Shown here: positions 1 through 11,500 of the stretch, one piece after another
Numbering within the stretch: position 1 is the first letter of the stretch
Layout of the letters: each line of letters starts with the position of its first letter
Source: Takakia lepidozioides
Taxonomy: Eukaryota > Plantae > Bryophyta
DNA length: 64,000 nt
Assembly (NCBI GenBank): GCA_030704615.1
Contig: CM060734.1
Location: 26,784,001-26,848,000 of the forward strand
Direction of reading: 5' to 3'
Position numbers and translations under genes: made by a program
Notes under the pieces: generated by a model
Database searches by the model: none
What the model saw: only the letters and a program-made list of their open reading frames with translations
Told to the model about the DNA's origin: nothing

Positions 1-43
1 TCGGCAATTCTAAGTGATATGACGCAATGTGCAATGAAAAAAA

Positions 44-75
44 CGCGGGTGCTAGAGGAGGGCTTCCCGGGAGGT
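44..75 (-). other. Short 5S rRNA 3'-end-like fragment
   Basis: The minus strand reads acctcccgggaagccctcctctagcacccgc followed by a T-run. This resembles the plant 5S 3' end (acctcc(t/c)gggaagtcctcgtgttgcaccc + T-run). Only ~32 bp match, so it is not a full gene. Confidence 0.35.
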
Positions 76-409
76 ACTCAGCATCGATTTCGTAGAATCC
101 AACGGCCCAGAATACCCCCCATCCAACCAATAGCACCCCTATCTACTTGGACTCAATGACAAGGAGTGCAACATCCCATCGCCCACCAAGTCCTGGTGTG
201 GAGAAAAGTGAGGGAGAGAATGGCCTCCAAGGCCTTATAAGCCCCCCCTCCACACTCGGGGCGCGCGCTGTCATCATGACTGCGCACGCTATTAATAGCT
301 GCGACCGCCAGCAGGGGTGGTCGCATCTTTTTTTCTTTTCTTTATTATGTGCGACCACCAGCAGGGGGGTGGTCGCAGATTCTTTTTTTTTAATCAACAG
401 GGAGGTGGT

Positions 410-412
<3 letters not shown>

Positions 413-445
<33 letters not shown>
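413..445. repeat. (AT)n microsatellite
   Basis: Perfect AT dinucleotide run. Confidence 0.95.
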
Positions 446-447
<2 letters not shown>

Positions 448-582
448 CGCGACCACCAGCAGAGAGGTGGTCACATAAATTTTGTTTAAAACAAATAGGT
501 GCGACCTCCTTTTCTTTAATAGATGCGACCACCAGCAGGGGGGTGGTTGCATAATTTTCCGATTTTTTAATATCTACCAACA

Positions 583-800
583 GTCAGTAGCTCAGTTGGT
601 TAAGTGCACTGAGTGCGACCCGGACGATTCTGGGGTCAAATCTTGCTACTTGATGGGTGTGGTATGGTTCATGTGTGGTGCCCCATTCCTACGCCTCTTG
701 GCGCATAAATGAAAGAGGTTATTTTCTCCTCTCACTACTAAGGGGTCTGATTTGTGAGCTGTCGCTCCCAGGTGTTTCCCAAAATAAAATAAAATAAAAT
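583..800 (+). mobile_element. Possible tRNA-derived SINE remnant
   Basis: A-box tagctcagttgg at 588-599, a degenerate B-box-like ggggtcaaatc at ~632 and an (aaaat)4 tail at 781-800. It interrupts the hAT subterminal array. No clean TSD. Confidence 0.45.
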
Positions 801-1457
801 CTGCGACCACCAGCAGGGGTAATCAGTAAATCAGTAAATAGGTGCGACTACCATCAGGGGGGTGGTCGCAACATTTTTCTTTTATTTTAACAGTTGCGAC
901 GACCGCTACTGGTGGTCACACAATTGTTTTTTTAAAAATAGGTGTGACCACCAGGAGGTTGGTCTCCTTGCACCTGTATGTATGTTTGGAGAGGCAGATG
1001 AAAAACACATGTATCGACTTCCCAAGAATTTGTGAAGGGGAAGATGAATGTTGGGAGCTGCACCTGACTTTTGTGGCTTTCGAAACCATAATAGGAAATC
1101 AACAATGTAAAGGTAATGACGAAACACAAACACACGCACAACCACCAAACCCTTTCTTGGGTACACATATTCTACTTTTTTTTATTTCCGTACACGTATG
1201 CATGTACCCAAACTGAAACATGGATATCCATGGAAACATACTACACATCATGTGACAGGTCACTGAAGTTATAGCTGTACCTAATTCCGTCTGGCACGAC
1301 GACGATGGTATGATCTCACGTCTAGTACAAAATCTTCGTCCCCACTCACTTCACCCCCGTTCCCATGATCAGTGCTAGAATCATGATCTCCATCTTTTCT
1401 TTCGTTTCCAGATGCAACTGGCCGTTGGACCTGTAGTCGTCCTCGGAGTACGTTCAG

Positions 1458-4270
1458 TTATCTCTCTGGTCGATTTCCACTCCTATCATGAATACCATCT
1501 AGGGTACCAGGCATGTTCACAGGTCGGTCACCAACAAAAGGTTGCACAATTCGTTGCCGTTTCTGGGCTTGTCCCGGATTTCGTGGTGGCCTTGGAGCAG
1601 GTCTCGTATGAGGAAGGCTACGCGCACGTACATCAGAGGGGCCGACATGAGAGGAAGGGGCATGAGATGGACCAGCGAGGGTCGAGGGAGCACGGTTCAC
1701 ATGCGGACGTCGTCGGGCCAGATGAAACGACAATGGCCGGTCGTCGTCATCTGATGGTTCGACTTGCAGAAGTCCCGCAACAGAAGAACCATCTCCTAGG
1801 ATCGGAGTAGTGATGGAAGGAATTACATGAGGGGGAGAGAGACTAGATGGATTAGCATGGGATGAACCGGCTTGAGAAAGAGAAACATGAGATAGAGCGG
1901 GGTGAGATGAAGCACGGTTCACAGGGGCACGATGTCGGTGAAGGAATGACAACGGCCGGTTGACATCATCCGACGATTCGACCTGCACATCTCCCGCAGT
2001 CCATGGAACTCGTGGTAGGGGAGAGTTGACCTCAACTTCATTGTTGAGAGTGTGCTCCACTGGGGGAAGGGGGTCCGCAATTGGGATGACATCATGTCGC
2101 AGTTCATCAACAACAAGGTCATCGAAGGATGGATGCATTGCAGCATCATCGTCATTAAATTCATATGGGTCATGTGGAGGATTGCCCACATCATCGGACC
2201 CATCCCAACCGTCGGAGTCGGAGTCCCTCGCGGCGTCAGTGTCATCATTGCTGCTAGATTGGACCTCTGAGGCAAATTCTTCAGACAACAGATTCTTCTC
2301 GTACCATGCAGATGCGTCACTTGCTCTCCTCTCTCGCAGTAGCCTACAATTCGTGTAGACATAAACCAATTTGTCAGCCCTGGCATGATTCAACCTGTTG
2401 CGAATCTTGTTGTGAACAAACGAGTAACTGCTCGAGTTCCGCTCACAGGATGAGGTAGAGCATACTTGAGCAAGAATACGCTTTGCAATGGGAGCTAACG
2501 TTCTTGCTCCAGCTCCAATCAGATCCCACCATTCATGTGGCAACATGTTCATTGCTTTTGGATCCGGCATGTCATGGAAAAGATTCTGCCAATCCGAGAA
2601 GCACTGGTACTCGGACAACGCTCGCTCTACCATGTTCAAGGGTGCAAGTTGCATGATGACCCGTACAAGCCCGGCTTTGGCATCCACATCGTCTCTCAAA
2701 TCTGTATTGTCCAGCAAGAATGGATTCAGCAAGGCCCCCGCATAATGCAAGTCCGTGCGAACCATCCGTTTGCGGTCGTAAAATGCATCCTCGGTCCTTG
2801 CCGCCAAATCATCGTCCATAGAAAATGGAGAACGCCTCAAGGATTGCACGTGCTTATCAAGGTTTTCCAATATCAACCATGCTTTACCCATTATTGGTTG
2901 TTTTCCATCAAACTCCCGCAAAGCAATCAACACCGGCTCCACCATGTACATAAAATTTGCACATTTCGCCCAGAAATCGTTGGAGCGAATGATTGCACGG
3001 ATCCTCCGACTTTTGTTCAAAGACTTGGACTTACGAGAGTTGCGTAAGGTGCCCACATACGCATCCCATTGAGGGTCAATGATCACCTGCTCCAGACCCG
3101 CCCTCACAGTCACCAGTCGATCCACCATCAAAAAGTTTGTGGCAAAGCGGGTTTCACCCCGCCTAAGGCTGTATTTGGGTTCATGCTTTCTAAACAATGC
3201 CAGAGGGATGTGATGTGTACGAATGAACGTCACAACCGACTTTGCCCTTTTTACCAGTTGTTTCATCTATGATTCTTTTCCCCAATCCTCCAAAAAGAGA
3301 TCAAAGATATGAGCAACACACCTTGGTAATATAGATGGGGATATCGTACAATCAAAATATCGGTCATATTAACCATGTTAGATGCATTGTCCGTGCACAC
3401 TTGGACAATTTTATCAGCTCCAATTTTATCGATGTAACTCGTCAACAACCCTGCTTGATAACGTGCATCTTTTCTCTCCCCGCTTGTGTCAACGGATCCC
3501 AAAAATTGTTCCCCCGCAGGACAGACCAGCATGACATTGAATAGTGGTCGATTAATAACAGAACTCCAACTGTCCGCACATATAGTGCTTCCATATTTCC
3601 GGAGAGAATCACCTGTCTTTTCATTCACCTTTTGGGTGAGGTCAGACATAGCATCTTCTAGCAATCCTGTGCGGAGATCGCGATAACTCGGAGGTGTGTA
3701 TGTGGACTTGGAATCGGATGTGGCTTTGACAACAGCCACAAACGCAGGAAGCCTCGAGACATTGAACGGAATATTGACCTCGTAGAAAAATTGGGTCCAC
3801 TTCTTATCCAGAGTCCTCCTGTGCGACAAATTTAAGCCTTCTTGCATTGATTGTTGCCTCAATGGTCTGGTCCGTACAAGTGCTGGCGTACAATCGGGTG
3901 TTGCTCCTGACCCACCGGCTTCTCCACGAACAGTAGACGCCTCGCAAGAATCCCCCTGGGTACAACTCTGAGGGACAGTTTGATTCGAACCTGGAGTGTT
4001 TGGCTCAGAAGCCACGGCCACATCAAGAGACGGTGGGATATTGCCTCCACATTGGGCAAAGTGGGCTTTCACTCGCATGGAGGCTTTTGGGCACAAACTA
4101 ACCCCTGCATTCTTCCCATCTCTGTAGCCGAGGTGATATAACATGCGATCTTTGCGACCCGTCAGCTTCAATGCACAAAGATTGCATTGAACACCGTCCT
4201 TTTTGAGCGGGTCTATGGTGAACCAAAGGATCCACTCCTCCCTCATCCTCACACCCAAAACCCTAACCAC
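1458..4270 (-). pseudogene. hAT transposase (BED finger, DUF659-type core, hAT dimerization domain), disrupted
   Basis: Motifs: BED-like CNLC..RMLYHLG..CP; CADSWS; VCTDNASN; CVAH (CxxH); TRFATNF; EWW..LAPIAKRILAQVCSTSSCERN. There is a 1-nt frameshift near 3320 and a TAG in place of Trp at ~3267 between the two ORFs. Confidence 0.9.
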
Positions 4271-4612
4271 AGACTTAAGGTTGAACGAAGAACACTAGTG
4301 TACTTGGTAGATTTGTCAAGAGCAATAGAAGTTAGAACAGAATGCGATGGCCCAACACTACGGCATCAATCCAAGTGGATCAATGCACCATGTAGTATTG
4401 TGCTTTTCAACAATTTGCTGCAGTGGCTGTGGTGGAAGCCACAACAGCAAAAAGTCCGCACCCTCTTCTTGGGCTTACACTCTTGCTCAAGGAATAGAGA
4501 ACATTCATTCGCCACAAAAGTGTTTGCCACAAAAGAAGTGAGGGGCATTGGGACCACCTTATATACCCTCCAGCCTCCAAGCCTCACACGCTCGACGAAT
4601 CAGATCCAATGC

Positions 4613-5330
4613 TGCGACCGTTCCAGGTCGCACGAGGAAGTCGCATGTTTTTTTTAAAAACTGCTGCGACCACCCTCATGCTGGTGGTCGCACCTATTAA
4701 AAAAAATAAAGTTGTTGCGACCACCCCCATGCTCGTGGTCACAGAGATTATTTAAAAAATAAAAATAAAAATAAAGTTGCTGCGACCCCCTGCTGGTGGT
4801 CGCACCTATTAAAAAAACAAAAAATTTCTGCGACCACCCCCCTGCTGGTGGTCGCACCTATTAAACAAATAGAAATTTTTTGCGACCACCCCCATGCTGG
4901 TGGTCGCATCTATTAAAAAAAATAAAATGTTGCGACCACCCCCATGCTCGTGGTCAAAGAGAATATTTTTTAAAAACAAAAAACAAAATAAAATTCTGCT
5001 ACCACCCCCCTGCTGGTGGTCGCACCTATTAAAAAAACAGAAAAATGCTGCGACCACCCCCATGCTGATGGTCGCAGATATTAAAAAATAGAAATTTTTT
5101 GCGACCACCCCCCTGATGGTGGTTGCACCTATTACAAAATAAAATAAAATTGTGCGACCACCAGTAGCGGTGGTCGCAACTGTTTAAGAAAAGAAAAAAA
5201 TGCAACCACCCCTGCTGGTGGTCGCATCTATTTTTAAAAAACAAAAAATGCTGCGACAACCCCTTTGCTGGTGGTCGCAACTACTAAAAAAAAAAAAAAT
5301 TCTGCGACCACCACCATTTGGAGGTCGCAC
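4613..5330. repeat. Right subterminal hairpin repeats (tgcgaccacc-ccctgct-ggtggtcgca) with A-rich spacers
   Basis: About 14 copies at ~50 bp spacing, inverted relative to the left array. Confidence 0.9.
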
Positions 5331-5554
5331 CAATTTAACAATAATGATTTAAAAATGACCTCAACTATTGGCGGATGGAATAATTTATAAAACATCACTT
5401 GCCAAGGTGTCGCTTGGAATACAACGTGTCCACCTACGTGGCATATTTTTCACCTAACTTATGTTTTACTGATTTTCCGACAAAACTGACGTGACGTTGA
5501 TCGAGTCAGCGTTAGGTCCGACGTGACGTGACGTCACTGACGTGTGCAACCCTG

Positions 5555-7445
5555 GCTCGAACAATGATGCCGAGGCGAAGTATAGTTCCTATGCAGGGGA
5601 GTGTCTAGCTGCGGTATGGGCAGTGACACATTTTAGATGCTAGCTCTATGACAATCTCTTCACCCTTGTCACGGATCACCAACCATTGAAGTGGTTGATG
5701 GAGTCAGACAAGCTTATAGGGAAGCTTGCACTGTGGGCACTTATGCTTTAAGAGTACGACTTCGAGGTGGTGCATCGAGCCGGTATTGTCAATCGGGATG
5801 CAGATGGATTGAGTCGTAATCCATGCACGAGCGAGCATGATGATACTGGAGTTCGGTGGCATGGTGAGACGGATGAGGAGATGGTGCCAGGATCACATGC
5901 ATCGGCCTTTTTGAGCATTCTAGCAATGGGAGCTCAAGCTGGTCCATCCCATGCGATTGGTCATGAAGATAGCGTGCATGACGATCCAGAGATTAGTGAG
6001 GAGTTTGGTGGTGCTAAGGATGTGCATGAAGATGCAGCAGTGTTGGCATACCTTCGTACCGGAGAGACAACAGCCAGTGTGACTGCTAAGGAGAGAGATC
6101 GGGTCCTACAACGAGGCAAGAGGTTCAAGTGGGAGGGGACTCATTTACTCCGAGTATGGGAGGATAGACGAGTGAGGATTGTGCCTCATCCAACACAACG
6201 AGCGCGATTGGTACGCCATGCCCATGATGAGTTGGGACATTTTGGAGTGCGGCGCACTCATAGTTTGCTGCAAGGGCAGTATTGGTGGCGGGGCATGCAC
6301 ACGGATGTGCAATACTTAGTGGCAAAGTACATGGTGTGTGATAGAGTGTGGGCTTCTTTCAATGCCCTTACTTTACAATTGCATCTTTTACCCATTATGG
6401 GTTTGGGCTATCGTTGGAGTCTTGACTTTGCAGGCCCATTGCCATTGACGATTCGCCATAACAAGTATGTGCTGGTGATGGTGGAACACTTCTCCAAATG
6501 GATTGAACTGGTAGCATTGCCTGACAAGGCAAGTGAGGGGGCTGCGTATGCATTCTTAGATCAAGTGCTTAGCCATTTTGGTGCTCCAGCCGAGATACTC
6601 ACGGACCAGGGGAGAGAGTTCTTGGGGGAGTTTCAGGCTTTGTGTGAGCAAGCCTTGATAGATCACCGCACTACTTCTCGGGATTATCCCGGGGCTGATG
6701 GCTTGGCGGAGAGAGTTATTCAGACAGTCAAGAGAGGTGTGCACAAGTACGGTTTGCAGAAGGGACACCTATGAGATTGGGACCTTCAACTGCCTTGGCT
6801 AGCTATGGGCTATAGGTTCAGCAAACAAGCTTCACTTGCCTCCTTCTCACCTTATTTTCTTCTCTTCGGCCGAGAGCCGGATTTGCCTGTATCTATTCGC
6901 AGGGAGGCTGCAGTAGTTCTCAACCTTGATGATCCGGATGTGTGGACACAAGCATGTGCCCAGCGGGCAAAGTTGTTCAAGAAAATCATGCCTATTGCTT
7001 TTGAGAACCTTTCTATTGCCCAACACCGAGACACATTGAGGTATGCCACTATATGTGGAGGGGGATATCGGCCAAGTGTGCGTTTCCACCCTGGGGACTA
7101 TGTGTATCTGCAGCAGACAGTGCCTACGACCTTGGATGTCACAGCAGGACGTGTGATTCTAAGGATCAGGGAGGTGTTGCCTTCAGGAGTGTTGATTCTG
7201 GAGGGTCGAGATGGCATGGTATGGAAAGACCATGTGTGCAATTGTGCGCCATGTCTCCTTACACATGTGGATGGGAGGATAGATCCCAACCTTGCAGTGG
7301 TACCTGCAGGGTTGCGTTGCATGCTGGTGGCGCCGCAACCATGTTGGTGTGTGACAAATGCTCAAGGGGGTGACACATGGGATGCTTGACACCGCTACTT
7401 GAGGAGGTTCATATCGGAGAATGGTTGTGTCCACGATGCATTTGA
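5555..7445 (+). pseudogene. Ty3/gypsy pol fragment: RNase H, integrase (HHCC, DDE), C-terminal PHD finger
   Basis: RNase H: YSSYAGECLAAVWAV..LVTDHQPLKWL..EYDFEVVHRAG..NRDADGLSR. Integrase: HDELGHFG, SLDFAGP, LTDQGREF, GLAER. PHD: MLVCDKCSRG*HMGCLTP..GEWLCPRC. Several in-frame stops. Confidence 0.9.
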
Positions 7446-7711
7446 CAGAGGTAATGGGCATGACAATGGTGAGGCGAACAAGTGATCCAAGGTCTAGCTA
7501 GTGGGGCTTCAATGTCATGGATATTCAACTTAAGATCATGGATTGCATGAAGGCGACTAACGATGGGGCTACATTTGCACTCGACCTCTTGATCTATCGA
7601 CTTCAGGTGTTGGGACTTGTGCGATTGAAGACCAAACGATGATCTTATTGGGGTAGATACTTGTAAGCTATCCGGTGTTAGAGGGACCTAATCACCAGCT
7701 AAGGGGGTGAT

Positions 7712-8518
7712 TGTGGCGTGGCTTTCTAGGACTACATGCTAGGAAGTGTGGTTGGACAGCGATGTATGTTGTGGCATGATGCTTAGGTGCATGACAGCTG
7801 TCATGGTTTTGTTTGTGATTAGTTAGGATAGTTATTTCTAGCTAATTAAGACATTATACATTTATATTTGTATTTTGTTGGTATTGGGACTTCATTTGGT
7901 TCCATGTGCCAAGTGAGGTAGCAAACCTCACTTGGGACGTGGAGAGGTTATCTCCACGTGAGACGTAGGCATGTTTGTCTTCTTCTAATCGAGCCTCCCG
8001 AGGCCTCTCTCGCCGCCATAGCTCTAGTACTTGAGATGGAGAGTGGGTGAGGTCTGTATGGTAGAGTCCACCCTCCCCGCATTGCTTGAGCGCAGGTGGT
8101 CTCCAAAGCTTCCATCTCGGACCCTAGCTGTGCACCTGCAAATCATCCCACGACACAAACAAAGAAAAACGACCAAGTCCAAGACTCATCGTTCAGCACA
8201 CAACCCCGCAACCCTAAATTTATTTTGAATTATTTTGAACTTTTATTGGATAATACACTTTTTGTTATCCCAGTGGTTTTGGGCTCAAATCCTGTTATGT
8301 CCTTTTTACATGTGGTACGGTATGTGAATTTCACTTTATTGTAATGAGTACAATGTTAATTTTTTTTTATGAAGTGGTAGTAGAAATCGATAAAGACGGG
8401 CCAAAATGAACTAATTAATATAATTAAATTTAAATTATGTAATGGATGTTTGGCCATATCCGAGTCATATGAAACCTGTTTGACGCAGTTTTTGGGGGGA
8501 TAGCTTCAGGGCTTACAA
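7712..8518 (+). mobile_element. Putative 3' LTR of the gypsy element (right boundary uncertain)
   Basis: A polypurine-tract-like aagggggtga at 7701-7710 is followed by a TG start. The CA end at 8518 is a guess, and there is no second LTR in the window for comparison. Confidence 0.3.
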
Positions 8519-8599
8519 TGCTACCCACCTAAAGCGAGATTGACGAGCTATGACGTAACATATGCCACTTTTTCCTCCACCGGTTGCAAAATACTAAAA

Positions 8600-11500
8600 T
8601 TGATACAATAAGCCACGATGGGAGGGCGGAGCGCCGCCCTCCTTCGCGCCTCTCGGCTAAACCCGCTGCTATCTGCCAGTTTAGTGCTGCTGCTAAACCT
8701 CACCTTTCTCTCCACTCTTACTACAGCCCCCGTCAGCGGCTCCGCCATACTAGTTAAGACCATCAGTTTTAGCACAGATCGCCGCCATAGCTCTCCAGAC
8801 CTTCCTCTCTCACTGTCGCACCTCTTGCGCAGTTCCCCATGGGTTTTGACACACCCCCTGCTCCCGTCTCACCCTCTTGCTCACATTTTAAGCTATTTCT
8901 CGCAAGTTTATCGCCCGCATTGGGCCCAAGAGAGTCTGTTTGAGCTCATCTATTGCAGAGGATACAGTACCACGCTCGTCACGACTCTGGCCGAGCTTTA
9001 AATATCTGGAGTCTACAGGCCGCACCACCCCGATCTCGCGCCTTTCTACCCGATCAAGTACATGTGAAGGAGATATGCGTCGTTGCACTGATAAGCACGC
9101 TTGTTACAGGCAGACCTACCACCGACTCCCCAGCTACCGAACGAATCTATATGCAAATCCTCACCCCCAAGGCTTCACGCGACGAACACCATGGCCGCTA
9201 AAAGTTTCACCAACCAAGGCAAGGGTGCTTCCGCACCTCTGGAATCAACCGTTTTTCAGCCCTCTCTCCTCCCACATAGTCGACAGCCAGCTATCTTTCG
9301 AATGCAACCTTGGAGAGGGAGCGCGTGCTGCAGATCTGAAGAACAGGCCATCGCTCAACCTCAACCGTCTTTTTGGCAGACATCCATTCTGCCTCACAAC
9401 TCCCTAGCTGCACCCTCCGGACTCTACAGGCTGGATCCAGGCTCCCCTCCTATGCCCACCACCACTTCTATGGCCTCCTACAGCGCAGGTATGTTTCCAC
9501 ATGCCACCCTCTCCCCTCATGTCACCATCCCTAACTCTTGGTCTTTCCCACCTGCTGCAGGCCCCAAACTGCTGCATTCGCCTAAATACCCAACTTCTAC
9601 ACGAATGCTACACACGGAGGTTCAGCTTTAGCCACCTATCCTACTGCCACTTGCTTTCTGGTCTACCTCCGCCTGGGTATGTTCTAGCGCTACCCTACCC
9701 CTGCGTATTTCTAGATACATTGCTCCTTCCCTCTATAGAATCTACACTCAAACTCCTACCCGCCCCCACCCAGTCTCTATCAGTACTCACTGCTCCAACA
9801 CCCACAATTATACCCCACACTCACTCTATCTTGCCACCAAAGTGAGACGCCCATCCCAATATTCATACATACACTGTGCTCAAAACTGGCACAATCTCAC
9901 TGTTTACAGTCACAGATATGATTTATCTTTTACAAATGTGCTGCTGCCTCACTGGGACACTACCACTCCAATGGCTGCTCATGCCTACTCGAGGGTCTGC
10001 ATGCCAGTTTTGCGCTCGCAGATACAGATACCAGTCTCTGCTGTGCGGATCTCTGGATATATCCACCTCCCTGGCTGGACCTGAACTGCACCAACCTCCC
10101 ATCAAGTGGTACTTCGCTGTCTGGTATTCTCATACCCACTCCTTCTCACACTTACCATAAGCGGAGCACTCTCTACATGACCAGGGACTCCCACAACTAC
10201 ATGCCGAACTCCCACAACAACATGTCGAGCTCCCACACGGCCCATACACATAATTCTATATCAGCTATTGTACCGCATATTCTCCCAAGTACTATGCCTG
10301 TGCTCTTTTTCTCAATGCCTAACCCACCCTCCTCCCACCTTACTGGTACTGATACCACGAGGTGGTGTCCCTGTGTTTATGGAGATTACAGGTACCCAAC
10401 GGATACTGAAGTGCACAAGTCGAAGGATCTCTACATTTCCACAGCTTCCCCATGGCGCCGCCATCCCGACAGCTCCTCTGCCATCACCCGACACTCATCC
10501 CAATCAATCCCACCTGCAATTCTTGAGGTAGTGCTCAACAAAAGCTGGCTCCGCTACAGGTCTGTACCCCACCCACCTTCACACTATCCTAGCATGCCCA
10601 TGCAAAATTGTCAATGGCTCTCCAATCCTGCAGCGTCACCCAACCCTCTAAATGCGAGCACTATATCACAGCTGCCCCACAGGTATTATGCACTAACCCA
10701 GCATCAGTTCTTAACTATACAAATGCCCAGCCACAGTTTGCACTCCTCTCTTAACCAGTATCACCTGCACGCCATTGAGCCCCGGCTCTCACAGCTTAGT
10801 GGCCCCAGTTATGGTAAGCCCTGGTCTGTACAATTCACCCCCTTACAGCCTGTTGGACTCGTTCCCAATGGCCATATCCTTGCAGCCACCTCCTCATCTA
10901 CTGCCCTGCACCCTACACGTGCAGCCATCATTTACTCACCTTCTCGTCTCCCACTCCGACCCACTACACCCCTGATCCGTGCCTTGCTAATAAGTCCCCT
11001 CTCGAGCATAGCCTCTCTGCCATACCCCACCCTGGATGATAAACTCCCACACCCCCAGACCCATGCACCTCCCACATATCTCCTTTACTCAGTACATGTG
11101 ACCCACCTCCTTAGATTGCCCTCTCACCCCCACACCACTATGCTAATAAACAACCAAACTTACTGCTTGCTATTTCCCTGTGCAGATTCCGCCCTTACAT
11201 GGACGACTCAGCCATACAGGAGATCTGGACTCACATGCCAAGCCCCATCAACCACGCAGCCTGCATGGGCTCACAACACCCCCAGCTGCACATACTCGGA
11301 CCTACAGTGGCTCATGCACCCTGACAAATGTGGAATGCCTTGACCTGCTGCTGCCATTGGCTGATCCCCCACAGGCTGTCCCAGTGTGTATGGCTGGCTG
11401 CCACTGCCACCAGTCAGCTAGCTATCATACCTCCTCTTTCATGCGTATGTAGCACCCACATTACTGCAGTTGCTGGCCAGGCAAAGCTCACTCCCGTCAA

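Larger units (their letters stand above)
300..965. repeat. Left subterminal hairpin repeats (tgcgaccacc-agcagggg-ggtggtcgca) with T-rich spacers
   Basis: About 8-10 full or partial palindromic copies are directly visible. Confidence 0.85.
1..5554 (-). mobile_element. hAT-superfamily DNA transposon (left end outside the window), inserted into gypsy pol
   Basis: A hAT transposase is flanked by mirror-image subterminal repeat arrays. The right end is ...gacgtgtgcaaccctg (5554), i.e. a CAGGGTT-type TIR, and gypsy RNase H coding sequence resumes abruptly at 5555. Confidence 0.85.

Noticed and set aside
583-655. Functional tRNA gene
   Set aside because: The B box is degenerate and there is no convincing cloverleaf; kept only as SINE-like.
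4613-5330. CRISPR-like array of ~28-bp palindromes with spacers
   Set aside because: The spacers are low-complexity A-tracts, the context is eukaryotic, there are no cas genes, and a mirrored array lies at the other end of the hAT element.
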